DNA of 63,177 nucleotides, filler included, from Pirum gemmata (Eukaryota): NCBI GenBank assembly GCA_002812295.1. It is 20 parts of 20 records of this genome, joined end to end, with 100 filler letters (N's around TTAATTAATTAA, not from the genome) between each part and the next. Parts side by side here need not be neighbours in the genome. Positions count along the whole stretch, not along the records: positions 12,831 to 15,724 come from PDIN01004143.1; positions 15,825 to 18,750 come from PDIN01004144.1; positions 18,851 to 21,775 come from PDIN01004145.1; positions 21,876 to 24,799 come from PDIN01004147.1; 16 more parts are not named here. One strand, 5' to 3'. Shown piece by piece: positions 12,950 to 24,695 of this stretch (position 1 is its first letter; each line of letters starts with the position of its first letter). The notes under the pieces were generated by a model. It saw only the letters and a program-made list of their open reading frames with translations, ran no database searches and was not told where the DNA came from. The position numbers and the translations under genes were made by a program.

Positions 12950-14561
12950 GGTGATTTACTAATAATCTTGGTCAAAAAAACACCCTTCTTTCATCTCAGT
13001 CTTTCATATTGAGGCTGATACCATTGTGGTGATAGGAACGCAGTAGTCTAGTTCGATTATTGGAGCGTTATGAGTTGTTGCTTGACTTAAAAACACTTGT
13101 GTACTACTCTTGTGTACTTCTTGTGTACTAATTCTAATGATCTGTCTTCAATCTTTGGCAGAGCTATTAGATTGTGTAATGTTGGGATTTTGATGTGGTC
13201 TGCTTGGCGTGTATTAGTGATTGGTCACATTGCTTTGTTTTGTATTATTTGAAGATGTTTTCTTTCTGTTGGTGACATCATTAATATATTAGGATGGCTA
13301 TTACTCAGTAATCGGTAATAGAGCGCATTTATATGATTTATAATTATGTTCGTAGGAGTGTAATCGGATTAGAACCCCAGTTTGTTCTTTTCAATCCGTA
13401 GCTTGTTGTTTAGTTTGACTGATATTTGCAATAAGTGTACGTTATTGGTAGTTAATTAAGATCTTTATCTAGGTAGTATCCTAGTAACTTGGGGTTGGTG
13501 TTGCTGTTACTGGTTTGCCTTCAGAAAGAGTAGCTTGTTGTTTAGTGTACCTGGGATTTGCGATAGGTGGCATTGGTAGTTAAGATCTTTATCTAGGTAG
13601 TATTCTAGTAGCTTCGGGTTGGTTGTTGCTGTTACTGGTTTGCCTTAAGCTTCGTAAGTTAGTTCAATCTGGATTGGTTTATCGCTAAGTATTAAAAAGT
13701 GAGTCTTTAAATTTGTTATTAATATGCTTATTTTTGTATGCCATAATTATGTCCATCCAGTGTTGTATTTGGTTGAGTGCTAGATGTGGGTGGTAAAAAA
13801 AGTTGCATCATCTACAAAGAGTGTAATTTAAGTTGGACCATATCTGGCAAGTCATTGATGAATAGGATAAATAGAATTGGCCCTAATATCGATCCTTGTG
13901 GAACACCTGACGTTATTATAATATAAATAGATGGTACGTTCTTGTATTTCGTTCTGTGGGTTCTGTTTGTCAAATAGTTTTCGATTCAGTGGCCTAAGTA
14001 GCCTGGTATGCCTAATTTACTTAGTTTATATAGAAGCCTTTTGTGCAATAGTTTATCGAAAGGTTTTCTATGCCAATTAGCAGCATTGTTAAAAACGGTG
14101 AGGTTTTTTGGTGTTGATGGTCTGTTTGTCAAGCTGGCTCAATTTGAAAAGAGCATCCCAAGTTCAGTGTTGGCTAAGAATCCTGATTAAACTGTGTTAA
14201 TTATATTATGGTCTTCTATATTCTTCATTGGCCTTTTTCTTAATTATTATTTCTAAAAAATTTGACATTGTTGATAAAAGGCTGATGGGGTCTTGATGGT
14301 TTTTTTCTGGTTTGGGAAATAGAATTATAGTAGCATGATTCCACTTGCATGGCATAGAGTGCCGTTATATATTTTAGTTAGGTCTTTTATGACTGTGTAG
14401 GTGATTTCATCTTCTTCTGGAGCACTATTTATTTTTTTAGTTGCCTGTTGTTCGATTACATCTCGTACTTCTTCGATCGTTCTGGTTTGTGTTGTTCATT
14501 GTTATTGTTGAAAATAGGGGTGTTGAATATACGGTTGCTATTATTATTATTAATAATATTA

Positions 14562-14600
<39 letters not shown>

Positions 14601-15250
14601 TATTATTATTATTATTTCTTGGGGTTGGGCTATTAATTTGTTTTCCTTTTTTAGGGTGTAGTTAGTAATTGTGCTTGTATTAATTTGTTGCAGTTGATTT
14701 ATACATTAGCCTTTTCCATGATTTGGTGTCAGATGGTTCCATGAGATTGAGTTGATGGCATTGGTGATTACACTGGGCTTGTTTGAACTCTTGGATGTCC
14801 TTGCCTGTTGTTGTTTGAAGAGCCTTCTGGTTGCTGGGTCCCTAGTTTTTTGGTATAACTTCCTAGTTTTTTTGGTATAACTTCCTAGTTTTTTGGTATA
14901 ACTTCCTAGTTTTTCTTGAAGCTTAAATTTAGGTTAGGATAAAATTTGGTAAGTTTTATTGTTTTTTGCGATTATTAAGTTTGAAAGCAGGCCCAGTTGA
15001 TACTTTTTATTTTGATTTCTTGAAGGGAATATTGAGTATTGTTTGAAGCTGGAGGAGTTGTGCTATGTGGTTGCTTGTGCTTTCATGTAGCAGCTTGAAG
15101 TTTGTCAGTTTGGTTATGTGTGTGGAGCTGAAAATAGTTAAATATAGGGGAGCTGAATAAGGGGTACCCTTTCTTGATTTGAAGTAAATGTGGTCAGTTG
15201 AGTTGGCAAGGTGTGTGTATAGGATAATATTCAAAATGGCATTCATCGTT
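12950..15250 (-). mobile_element. Degenerate non-LTR (LINE) retrotransposon ORF2 relic
   Basis: Minus strand gives WNHATIILFPKP, PISLLST, SGVPQGSILGPILFILFINDLP (about 13850-13915), LFVDDA and NPKLLGYYLD (duplicated), with many stops and frameshifts. Boundaries approximate. Confidence 0.85.
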
Positions 15251-16799
15251 TTATTTTCAATTTATGTTAAATTTCGTTCAAACTTAGTCTACGAGGAGCA
15301 AGACAGGTTGTACGTTACAGAAATAAATGAGGGGATTTCATCTACTAAATCGTTTATAATACATTCATTCAATGAGATTTCTCGAAGGGTATTGTTGTAT
15401 CGTCTGTGTCTAAACAAGAGCGAACAATTATGTGCATTTTTTGATGTAATTATGTTCGGCAAAATTCGTTCGTGAAAAAGATTTTCCACCCACCTAAGAT
15501 CGGTTAATTTATAAGTACAATCAATATTTCCATTCTCCTCATTCGTATTCTCATTTTCAGTTTCAATGTCATTGTCGTTTTCGTTATTGTTATTGTTATT
15601 GTTATTGTTATTGTTATTGTTATTGTTATTGTTATTGGTAATGTTATTGTCATTTCCATTGTTACTATTCCCACTGTAAGTATCATTGCTATTGTTATTG
15701 TTATTGTTATTGTTATTGTTATTGNNNNNNNNNNNNNNNNNNNNNNNNNNNNNNNNNNNNNNNNNNNNTTAATTAATTAANNNNNNNNNNNNNNNNNNNN
15801 NNNNNNNNNNNNNNNNNNNNNNNNATTATTATTATTTATTATTATTACTATTACTATTATTACTATTATTATTATTATTATTCATTTTTATTATTATTAT
15901 TATTTTATAAATTTTCTCCATCACCATCGTTGTTATTATTATTATAATAATATATAGAAAATCTATCTGGTGGACCTGGGAATAGTCTACATACATGTGA
16001 GTCGAGATGTGACACCGAAAAATTATTTTCACTGTTAAATTTGGCCGAGGTGTTTTCGACTTGTTTTCTTGTTTGTTTGAAACAAGTTGAAACAACTTTA
16101 TCCCAAAAACAGTTCCAAAAACCTAGAAAACCTAACCCTAAACACCAAAAATGGAATTTTGTAGTACAGTCTTTGGGAGCGTTCAAATACTACATATGGT
16201 CAAATCCAGCTTCAAACACCCCTTTGATCCTACCCCTTAACGTTAATTTCCGGTCAAATGCCACCTACCTAACTACCCTTTGGCGTGACGTACTACCGAT
16301 ATGCTACCTAGCTAGCTAGCTAGTCCCTTTCTACACCTTTCTACACATTGCTATCGTAGCTAGTCTAGAGTGGCTAGCTACACAATGTACACATTGCTTT
16401 TCAGTTGTTTTATAATCATAAAGTATACAATAAATAGTACCAATTTAATTAAATTTTGGTATATTTCAATGTCTATGTATTGATTTAAAAATGAAATTGT
16501 AAAGATTAGTCTAGTCTATAATCCTCCAAATAAATATTCAGAGTGACAAAATAAATGAAAAGCACGTAGAGCCTAGCTAGCTATCATATAGGTTTTGTCA
16601 GTATCATATGATATCATAATAAAAGCTACTAGCTAGCTATCGATAGCTAGCTAGATCATAAAAGAGTCCTCTCAGAAAGAGTGGTATAGTCCATCATACT
16701 CATCATCATAATATCGAAAAAGAGAAATACACGTATTTTTGTGTTTTATGAATAAATACTTTTTATTTATAAAAAATTACAACATTTAATTAGACTTCT

Positions 16800-17760
16800 A
16801 TAAATTTATGTTCTCTCTTTCATACACACATAAGCTTTACACTCTGCTTGTATACCTTTCTGAAAACTATTACATAATCTACTATGTTTTGGAACATTCT
16901 AAATAATCATTTTCAAACAAATTATAATTAGTATTACATAATCAATCTGTAAGATATCAAACATAAAATCGTACACTTTTAAAAAAACTTATAATTCAAT
17001 ATCATAGCTAAATAAATAAGCTTGACATAAAATATTAATAATAGTTTCGAAATGTATATTCAATCGACCAATCATATTACCACGCAGTCAACACATTGAG
17101 ATTTCACCACAATACACCCCCATTCTCTAAACTATTCATTTTATTATACCTGTACCAACCTTAACTTATTTCACAGTATTATGCTATTAAATAACACGCT
17201 CAATTCTTATGCTGATCACTTATAACCTTTCTCTCAGTTCATAGTCATTTTTTCGCAGCAATTATTTCCCAATCGACCTACTTAATTTAGCACATACCTT
17301 TTGCCACTATATGAAACCACTCACGTTTCCATTTTAGTAACAACAATCCACGGCATAACTACTAATACCAATTTTGAATCTCATACCAATTATTACACAC
17401 TAATTGATCCATATATTCAACCCATGACATCACAGTACATCACACTATTTCCCGCTCATATTTTATTAAATAAATATTAGTACCAATGTCTTCCACTATT
17501 GATCTCACAACAATATTACACTAAATACAAGTGTATCAGGACTATTATCACTCCTTTATTCTCCAGAAGCTCAATTAACAATGTCCACCTAATAACTCTC
17601 CAGATTTTCTACTACTCCTAAAGATACCTAATAAATACCGGTATCAAAAAAAAATCATGGTTGTAAAAATAGACTCAATTTTCCATATGAATATCTGCCC
17701 GATAAAAGCCCACCACACCATCATTCAAAGACCACCAACAAGAACTTCTACATTTTTAAA
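16800..17760 (-). mobile_element. Highly decayed LINE-like RT relic (tentative)
   Basis: Colinear faint remnants across frameshifts: SGE*RSDNSPDTLVFSVIL (like GxxQGDxLSPxLF), AGNSVM (YADD region), GMRFKIG and YLECSK (C-terminal Cys motif). Confidence 0.3.
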
Positions 17761-18377
17761 AAGTCTACAACAAAAAAATCTAATGTTGCATCTCTGGTAG
17801 GAGTGTAGTAGGTAGGTCAAAATAATTTTTTTTAAAAAAAAAAAAAATTCAAAAAAATTCCTGTAATTCCTATTCCCACTGTGAGAACTCTTATTTATGG
17901 CGAACTTTTTTGACCGAGGCACAAAGTAAATGTTGTTCGCCTATTTCGCCTTACCATATTTAGTATTTGTAATTATTTATTTAGCAGCTACTTATTTAAG
18001 TAGTTACTTTAAAAAAAGAGTTTATTCCCATACTATTCCCATCTAAAAATTAAAATTAGAAGACCAAATAAATTGAATTTTTCTAAATGATTAGAATCAA
18101 AATACCGGTAATTGAAATAATTGAAATAATTACCTTTTGCAAACAGTAAAATTATTATTTCAGCTATTTTAATTAAAAATTGTAACGTTAATTAACGTTT
18201 CTTGTGTCCAATGATTTTTTTTTTTACTGATTAGAATACTATAAACAAAAATTTATATAATATATATAAAAAGCGTTTGTAATTATATATTTTTAACGTT
18301 TCGAAGCTAGTATTCAACCAAATTTCTAAAAAGGTTACCTGTATTATTATTATTATTATATAATATAGCTATACATA

Positions 18378-18548
18378 CACAAACGCAAACACAAACGCAA
18401 ACACAAACGCATACACAAAGGCAAACGCAAACACAAACGCAAAGGCAAAGGCAAACGCAAAGACAAACGCAAACAGAAACGCAAAGGCAAACACAAACGC
18501 AAAGGCAAACGCAAAGACAAAGGCAAACGCAAACAGAAACGCAAACGT
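18378..18548. repeat. Hexamer minisatellite (CAAACG/CAAAGG/CAAACA)
   Basis: Seen directly. Confidence 0.85.
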
Positions 18549-19345
18549 TAGCGTTACAAAAGAAAATTAAACGTAAATCACGTTATTTATATAGACATTA
18601 TATTATATTGTATACGTAGGGATTTAATGAAAATTATGATAAAATGATAGCAATGCATGTTCGTTTATAATAATAACTTTAAATTTATATTATTGTAATA
18701 TTATTAAAATTAATTAATTTAAATATTATTAATAATGTTAGTTTTTAAATNNNNNNNNNNNNNNNNNNNNNNNNNNNNNNNNNNNNNNNNNNNNTTAATT
18801 AATTAANNNNNNNNNNNNNNNNNNNNNNNNNNNNNNNNNNNNNNNNNNNNTATTATATTATTATCACCCTAGTCTATATACTCCAGTCTACTTTATATTT
18901 TATCTCTTATTATTATTTTATTAAAAAAATCTAGTTAGAGTAAGTAGTAGTAGTGTAGTAGTAGGGTTAGGGAGTTGTTAGAGTTAGGTAGCAGTTGCAA
19001 CGGTGGTTATTGGTCATTCATTATATCTTTCACAGATTTTTTAGGTGAAAAAATTACGAAAACATTTATGTGTTGATAATTCAATGACTTGAAAATTGAC
19101 TACTAGTACATATATCTTGAGTATCATTCTGGTCATACTATACACACATATGTATATGTTTAAAAAAAAATAACATTAGTTTTTAATATATATATTATAT
19201 GAAATTTCATTTTTGTACATTAATTTTTGGGTTTCCTTCATTTTCCACATTTTAGGAGCATGCTCATACTATGCTCATATTTAAAAGCCAAAATGGATTT
19301 TCGTAATTAGGAATTTTAGGATTCGCCCGTCAGAATTTCTAGGCG

Positions 19346-21231
19346 CTAATTGGACAGCAATGGAATGGGTAGCATAAGAGCGTTCATTGGTATTATTATG
19401 TGCTGCGCAATATCTAAATCGTCTTTAGAATAACCTGGATTTTCAATTGTAGCACAATATGGGTTCAGACATTTTTTATCATTCTTCCACTCATCCCATA
19501 AAAAGTCCGTTCCTTCGGCATTAAGTTGAGGAGGGAGCCGACCAAGCACAATGGGGCGTAGTAGAAACACAAAGGTCTTTGGGGTCGTTTTCGGCATTAA
19601 GTTGAGGAGGGAGCCGACCAAGCACAATGGGGCGTAGTAGAAACACAAAGGTCTTTGGGGTCGTTGACTCTAACACAAATGTTTTGCAAAGCATACAATT
19701 TATTTTTAGCACAAGTCAGATCTTTTCCACAAGCAGCAGGAACAGCCATCCATCCATGAACGACCAAGTTGTCCTCAACATCTTGCCGATCATATTTACA
19801 TGATTCGCCTTCTTTTTTATATTCTACACAACGGCCTCGAGTGATGAATTATCGATATAAGGGCACCAATTTTTGCGAAAATTGACTTTTCCTGCATTTA
19901 ATAGTCCACCACTACAGTCGGTAGTCACATTGTAATTGAAACCAGTCTTGTAATTAATTAAGGGCAACATTATATCCTTGGTTATTGTATTTTCTATATT
20001 TCTCAATATATGTTGAACTCCTTGCATATTATAACGCATAATATAATATCTGAGAATATAATATGAAGCAAGGAGTTCAAAAAAAAAAAAAAAAAAGCAG
20101 GAGTAGACAACTTTTTCCCTCTGCGATTTTGTACGATATTTAAAGAAGAAAAACGGGTGCTATCCAAGCCTTGTCCAAGAGTGTCCAAGTCTATCCAGTG
20201 ATAAGGAGTATGATAGAAATTATTTCAAAATTACAAGACTCACTGCTGTGTCTATTTGGTAGCATTTGATTAAAATTGGATATGCCAAATATGTCTATTT
20301 TTGTAAAAAAAAAAAAGTTAAGTTATTAGTCTAAGTTAATAAATTTATTATCATCAAACACTTATGATAACATGATTAATACAATTAGCATATAATATTA
20401 ATTTGATTCAACAAAGTAGCATCCTACCAACACTGCCCACTCATTGTAACGTGGGTTATGACTATTATTATTATTATTATTATCAATATTAATAACAACT
20501 AAATCAACTAACTAAATCAACTAAATCAACTAAATGAAATAAATCAAATAGAGGAAATCAACTAGTCAACTACCGTCACCATTGTCATCACCATTACCAT
20601 CATTACCATCTCCAGTATCATCACCATTGCCATTTCCCCCACCATCACCATCACCATCATCATTAGTAATATTAATAAAATAAAACAAATCAAATTATAA
20701 AATTCTCTTGAAATTCAAATAAGCTCTCAATTTCTTTGGTTTTAATTAAGTGTTGAATTAGTAGATTTTGAAGCTCTTCTTTTTTCTTGCTATCATACGA
20801 ATATGATTTTCTGGAATTTGTAAGTCTGACAAGTACTGTTTCAATTTCGATACAGAAGCTTGTAATACCCATAGCATCCTTTGTTTCTTTAAACGCATGG
20901 CCTTGTCTAACAACTCTTTAAGCTCATCTTTACTTCTACAAGAATGTTTTACTTCCAAAAGCTGCAACTCCCGCCTATTATACTTAACAGTGTCCGGAGT
21001 TTCAATATTATTCACACTAGTATTTTTCGTAATAACCTTACCCTTTCTCTTTACATTTTTAGCTTCTTTCAAAGACATAGTCATTTTGTTCCTTTTTCTT
21101 TGTATGGTTTTAGTGAAGCAACCTGCTACTGCGTTATAACATGACTTAAAAATAGTTTCGAAATTGTGAATATGGGAAGCACTGCAATATTGCTTACAAT
21201 TAATTGCTATAATGGTTTTTGTCATTATCAC
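19346..21231 (-). pseudogene. Fragmented coding-like region of unknown family, with a 76-bp tandem duplication
   Basis: Several complex minus-strand ORF pieces in shifting frames. Units starting at 19514 and 19590 are a near-exact 76-bp duplication that breaks the frame. Confidence 0.4.
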
Positions 21232-22496
21232 TTGTAAATTTTAAAACTTCACTTTTATGGAAAACATGAAAAATTCTACGGTATACTAAGATATATCTTT
21301 CGAAATTAGTTTTGTCAACTCAACAAAACTTGTTGTATAATCATGATTGTTAATCAGCAAATGACCGATATCTATCTTAACGTTATTATTATTATTATTA
21401 TTGATATTATTATTATTAATATTATTATAGTTGTTGTCGCCAGAATATTCAACCAAAGTCTGAAAAAAGTAACACAAAACACATTATTATTTTACTTGGG
21501 TGTGTAAGCCTTCCTCTACTTAATTCTCTAATTAATCTATATTCGTCTGATGAGTTCATGATCTTTGAATGGTTGCAAACATAAATTTCTCCACAGTAAA
21601 TAGATAAACTTTTATGAGTTACCAGAGTTTTCTTCTCTGCTGGGATTCTAGTGTTTTAGCATCAGGTCTGGGAATATTGTGTAATTGAAGTCTTTGCTAT
21701 TGTTTTTGCACCCATACATGGCACAAGTAGATGAATTAGCAACCATGATAATAATAATAATAATAATAATAATAANNNNNNNNNNNNNNNNNNNNNNNNN
21801 NNNNNNNNNNNNNNNNNNNTTAATTAATTAANNNNNNNNNNNNNNNNNNNNNNNNNNNNNNNNNNNNNNNNNNNNTATTATTATTATTATCAATTATTAT
21901 TATTATTATTATTATTATCAATTATTATTATTATTATTATTATCAATTATTATTATTAATATTATTATTATCAAATATTATTATCAAATATTATTATCAT
22001 TAATATTATATACGACGCCGACCATTGGAAAAGAAACACCTTATTTATCAAATCCAATGGTCTCTAACTAAATCGATTGGTAGACTAGACTACTGACTGT
22101 AATAATCTACCTCTGATCGTATTGTCCAGTTCAAAAACTGAAATAAACCTACCAAATTATTATTATGGTTAAATTATCGGACACTATTTGATTAATTTGG
22201 TATGCTATATGTAATGTTATATTATTGTCCCTAGCTAGTACCAAATAGGGGTGTCCGGTCAGCTTGAAGTTACAGATGGTAGAATACGATTGTGATAATA
22301 CTAATACGAATACTTCCTGTGGTCATTTCAAAGCAATGATTATAATATAATGATAATATTATGATAATGATAATGATTAAGGATAATAATTAATGATAAT
22401 AATGATAATGTAATAATATAATATTTTTCTGTTATTTATTGTCGTTGATGAATTACTTTTACAGTAAATCTGATGTAATTATTCTACATGAAAGTG

Positions 22497-24695
22497 TTAT
22501 CTCTCAACACTATTACCATCATATACAACACTAACCATGGCCTCATCTTGACTTTTTAATATTTGTTCAGTCCTATTTTTAGTTGTTAATGCAGAGGATT
22601 TTATATCAGATTTTTGCTTAGAAAACTTAAACCTGTTCGTCGATTGTCCAGTCTTTGATTTAGAGCCAGAAACACTTTCAGAGTTATCATCAACACCCTT
22701 CACGCAACTGTACAGTTTAGTAGTGACAATGCATGACACAATTAATGTTATAGAAATTAAGTAAACTGACATTTTTAAACCAAATTTCAAAGATAAATCA
22801 AAATTTACAAAGAAAAATACGACACTCATCAAAGTTAGTACGCAAGTAGGATAAGCGCACGCACCAATAAGTAAACTTTCGTTAAAACTGGATGGAATAT
22901 TTCTTACAGTGAAAGCACTGATTACTAATAAAATAGAAGCGCCAGCCATAAATACTTTAAGTAATATATCAAACACTCTCATTTCACTTCCACACTCTCT
23001 ATCGTACACATAAACATAGTGATATCTCTCTTTTACGGTGTCTACTAACGTATCAATTGGTTGTGGTGGACTAACAATTGTCCAAACTATCATATAAATT
23101 ACAATCACAGACATAATCAAACCCCAGTACACCATTAATTTAGTGTCTTTTAAATTATTCACCATGGTTCGATTGTTAACTTTTCTTGCTAATTTTTGAT
23201 TAAACAATAAGGCCACGCGGATAGTTTTCATTACTACGGCGAAAATAGCACCACACCAACCTAGTAATTTAAACCATGTTGAAACGATACAGACACCATA
23301 AGATGTATGAACAGTTCTAAGTAACAACCCAATAACGAAAGCAGCTGCGCACCCAGCAGTCAATAGTAAGAATAGAGAGGCACCGCGTACAATATTTGGA
23401 TTTTTGAAATAATTAATAACTCCAACAACATTAATTAGCATAAATAGTAAACATAAGCCCATTAATACTGCAAAAGTTATTCTTACAGGTGTAGAAACTA
23501 CCTGAATTACCGTTTCATCAGCTTGAATTTTGTACGCTAAAATTGAAAGGTTATGATGGTACATCTGATCACATACAATTTCTGAGAACGGTTTAGTTTT
23601 GTTATCCACATGTTCACCTAACATATCTACTAAATGGGTTGCATTAAAAGCAAATCTAGACAACATTCTATAAATATCGTCATGTCGATCTTGCAATGTG
23701 GGTGATGCGATTCTCATAATTTCTTGTTTCCGATAATCACATTTAAATAAATTACTAGTTTCAGAATAGAAATGCGCATCACATTTAGAGGATTTATACT
23801 CAGGTAACACAACCCTGGTTAAACCAATATTATACTTTTCCAAATTAGCCCATGCAATTGAAGGAACTCTCATATTAACCAAGAATGGTACTTTTTTTTT
23901 ATACCTATCCAGAATAAAGTCTAAGGTTTTTTCACCGGAATCATAGGAGTTTACAGGCGGGTAAGCAAATGTGTCATTAATAATGTTTGTTAAATCTAAA
24001 TTTCTAATTAAATGATAATCCATACCGTATTTTGTTGAATTGGGATCACTCATAAATTCTAACTGACATATCCTGTTTTTATACATACCCGTTGTTTCAT
24101 ATTTTTTAATGATTTTGTCCAGGCAATTATTCATCTTTGTCTGGTCTGATTTAGTTTGATCGTTGCAGACTTTATAAATTTCTTTCATTCCAACTAAATT
24201 TTTCCTTGGATAAACTTGATTTTGACAGAATAACGTAGATTGGTTTTGAATAGTAGGCCAATTTTTGTAATAGATAACAGAGGGGTCCTCTTTAACCATG
24301 TAATCAGGTACGTACCAACCCACTTGTTCTGATATTCCTACGGTACCCATACTTACAAAGTCAATGGTTTTCCTAGCATTGATCACTTCTATATCATGAA
24401 CTGAAACGTGAAGATCAAGTGTACTATTTTCAAGTGCTTTAAAGAGGGTAAAATTACCGTCTTCTACTGGTACAATTTCTGCGCGAAAACCGAAAATTTC
24501 CTCTATCATAAATTTGATTTTGGTACTAACTGCTTCTGAATAAAGCCAACTCTTATAGTAGCCAATTTTCAAAGGTACATCATCTTTTAAAGGTGTTGGA
24601 GGGACATTTCTATTTAAACATTGTTTTGCATATTCTTCAGCTAGAATGACGTTAGCACCCGTTAAGAAAAGAAGTAAAGAAGAAATAGCTTTCAT
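22497..24695 (-). CDS. Class C (7tm_3) GPCR with N-terminal OpuAC/glycine-betaine-type periplasmic binding domain, intronless, 732 aa
   Basis: Signal peptide. LKIGYYKSW...EEIFGF...FKALENSTLDL and GWYVPDY match betaine-type binding proteins. Seven hydrophobic segments with class C motifs KTIRV, VRNIPSSFNES and TKLY. Ser/Lys-rich tail. Confidence 0.9.
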   Translation of the reverse strand: MKAISSLLLFLTGANVILAEEYAKQCLNRNVPPTPLKDDVPLKIGYYKSWLYSEAVSTKIKFMIEEIFGFRAEIVPVEDGNFTLFKALENSTLDLHVSVHDIEVINARKTIDFVSMGTVGISEQVGWYVPDYMVKEDPSVIYYKNWPTIQNQSTLFCQNQVYPRKNLVGMKEIYKVCNDQTKSDQTKMNNCLDKIIKKYETTGMYKNRICQLEFMSDPNSTKYGMDYHLIRNLDLTNIINDTFAYPPVNSYDSGEKTLDFILDRYKKKVPFLVNMRVPSIAWANLEKYNIGLTRVVLPEYKSSKCDAHFYSETSNLFKCDYRKQEIMRIASPTLQDRHDDIYRMLSRFAFNATHLVDMLGEHVDNKTKPFSEIVCDQMYHHNLSILAYKIQADETVIQVVSTPVRITFAVLMGLCLLFMLINVVGVINYFKNPNIVRGASLFLLLTAGCAAAFVIGLLLRTVHTSYGVCIVSTWFKLLGWCGAIFAVVMKTIRVALLFNQKLARKVNNRTMVNNLKDTKLMVYWGLIMSVIVIYMIVWTIVSPPQPIDTLVDTVKERYHYVYVYDRECGSEMRVFDILLKVFMAGASILLVISAFTVRNIPSSFNESLLIGACAYPTCVLTLMSVVFFFVNFDLSLKFGLKMSVYLISITLIVSCIVTTKLYSCVKGVDDNSESVSGSKSKTGQSTNRFKFSKQKSDIKSSALTTKNRTEQILKSQDEAMVSVVYDGNSVER

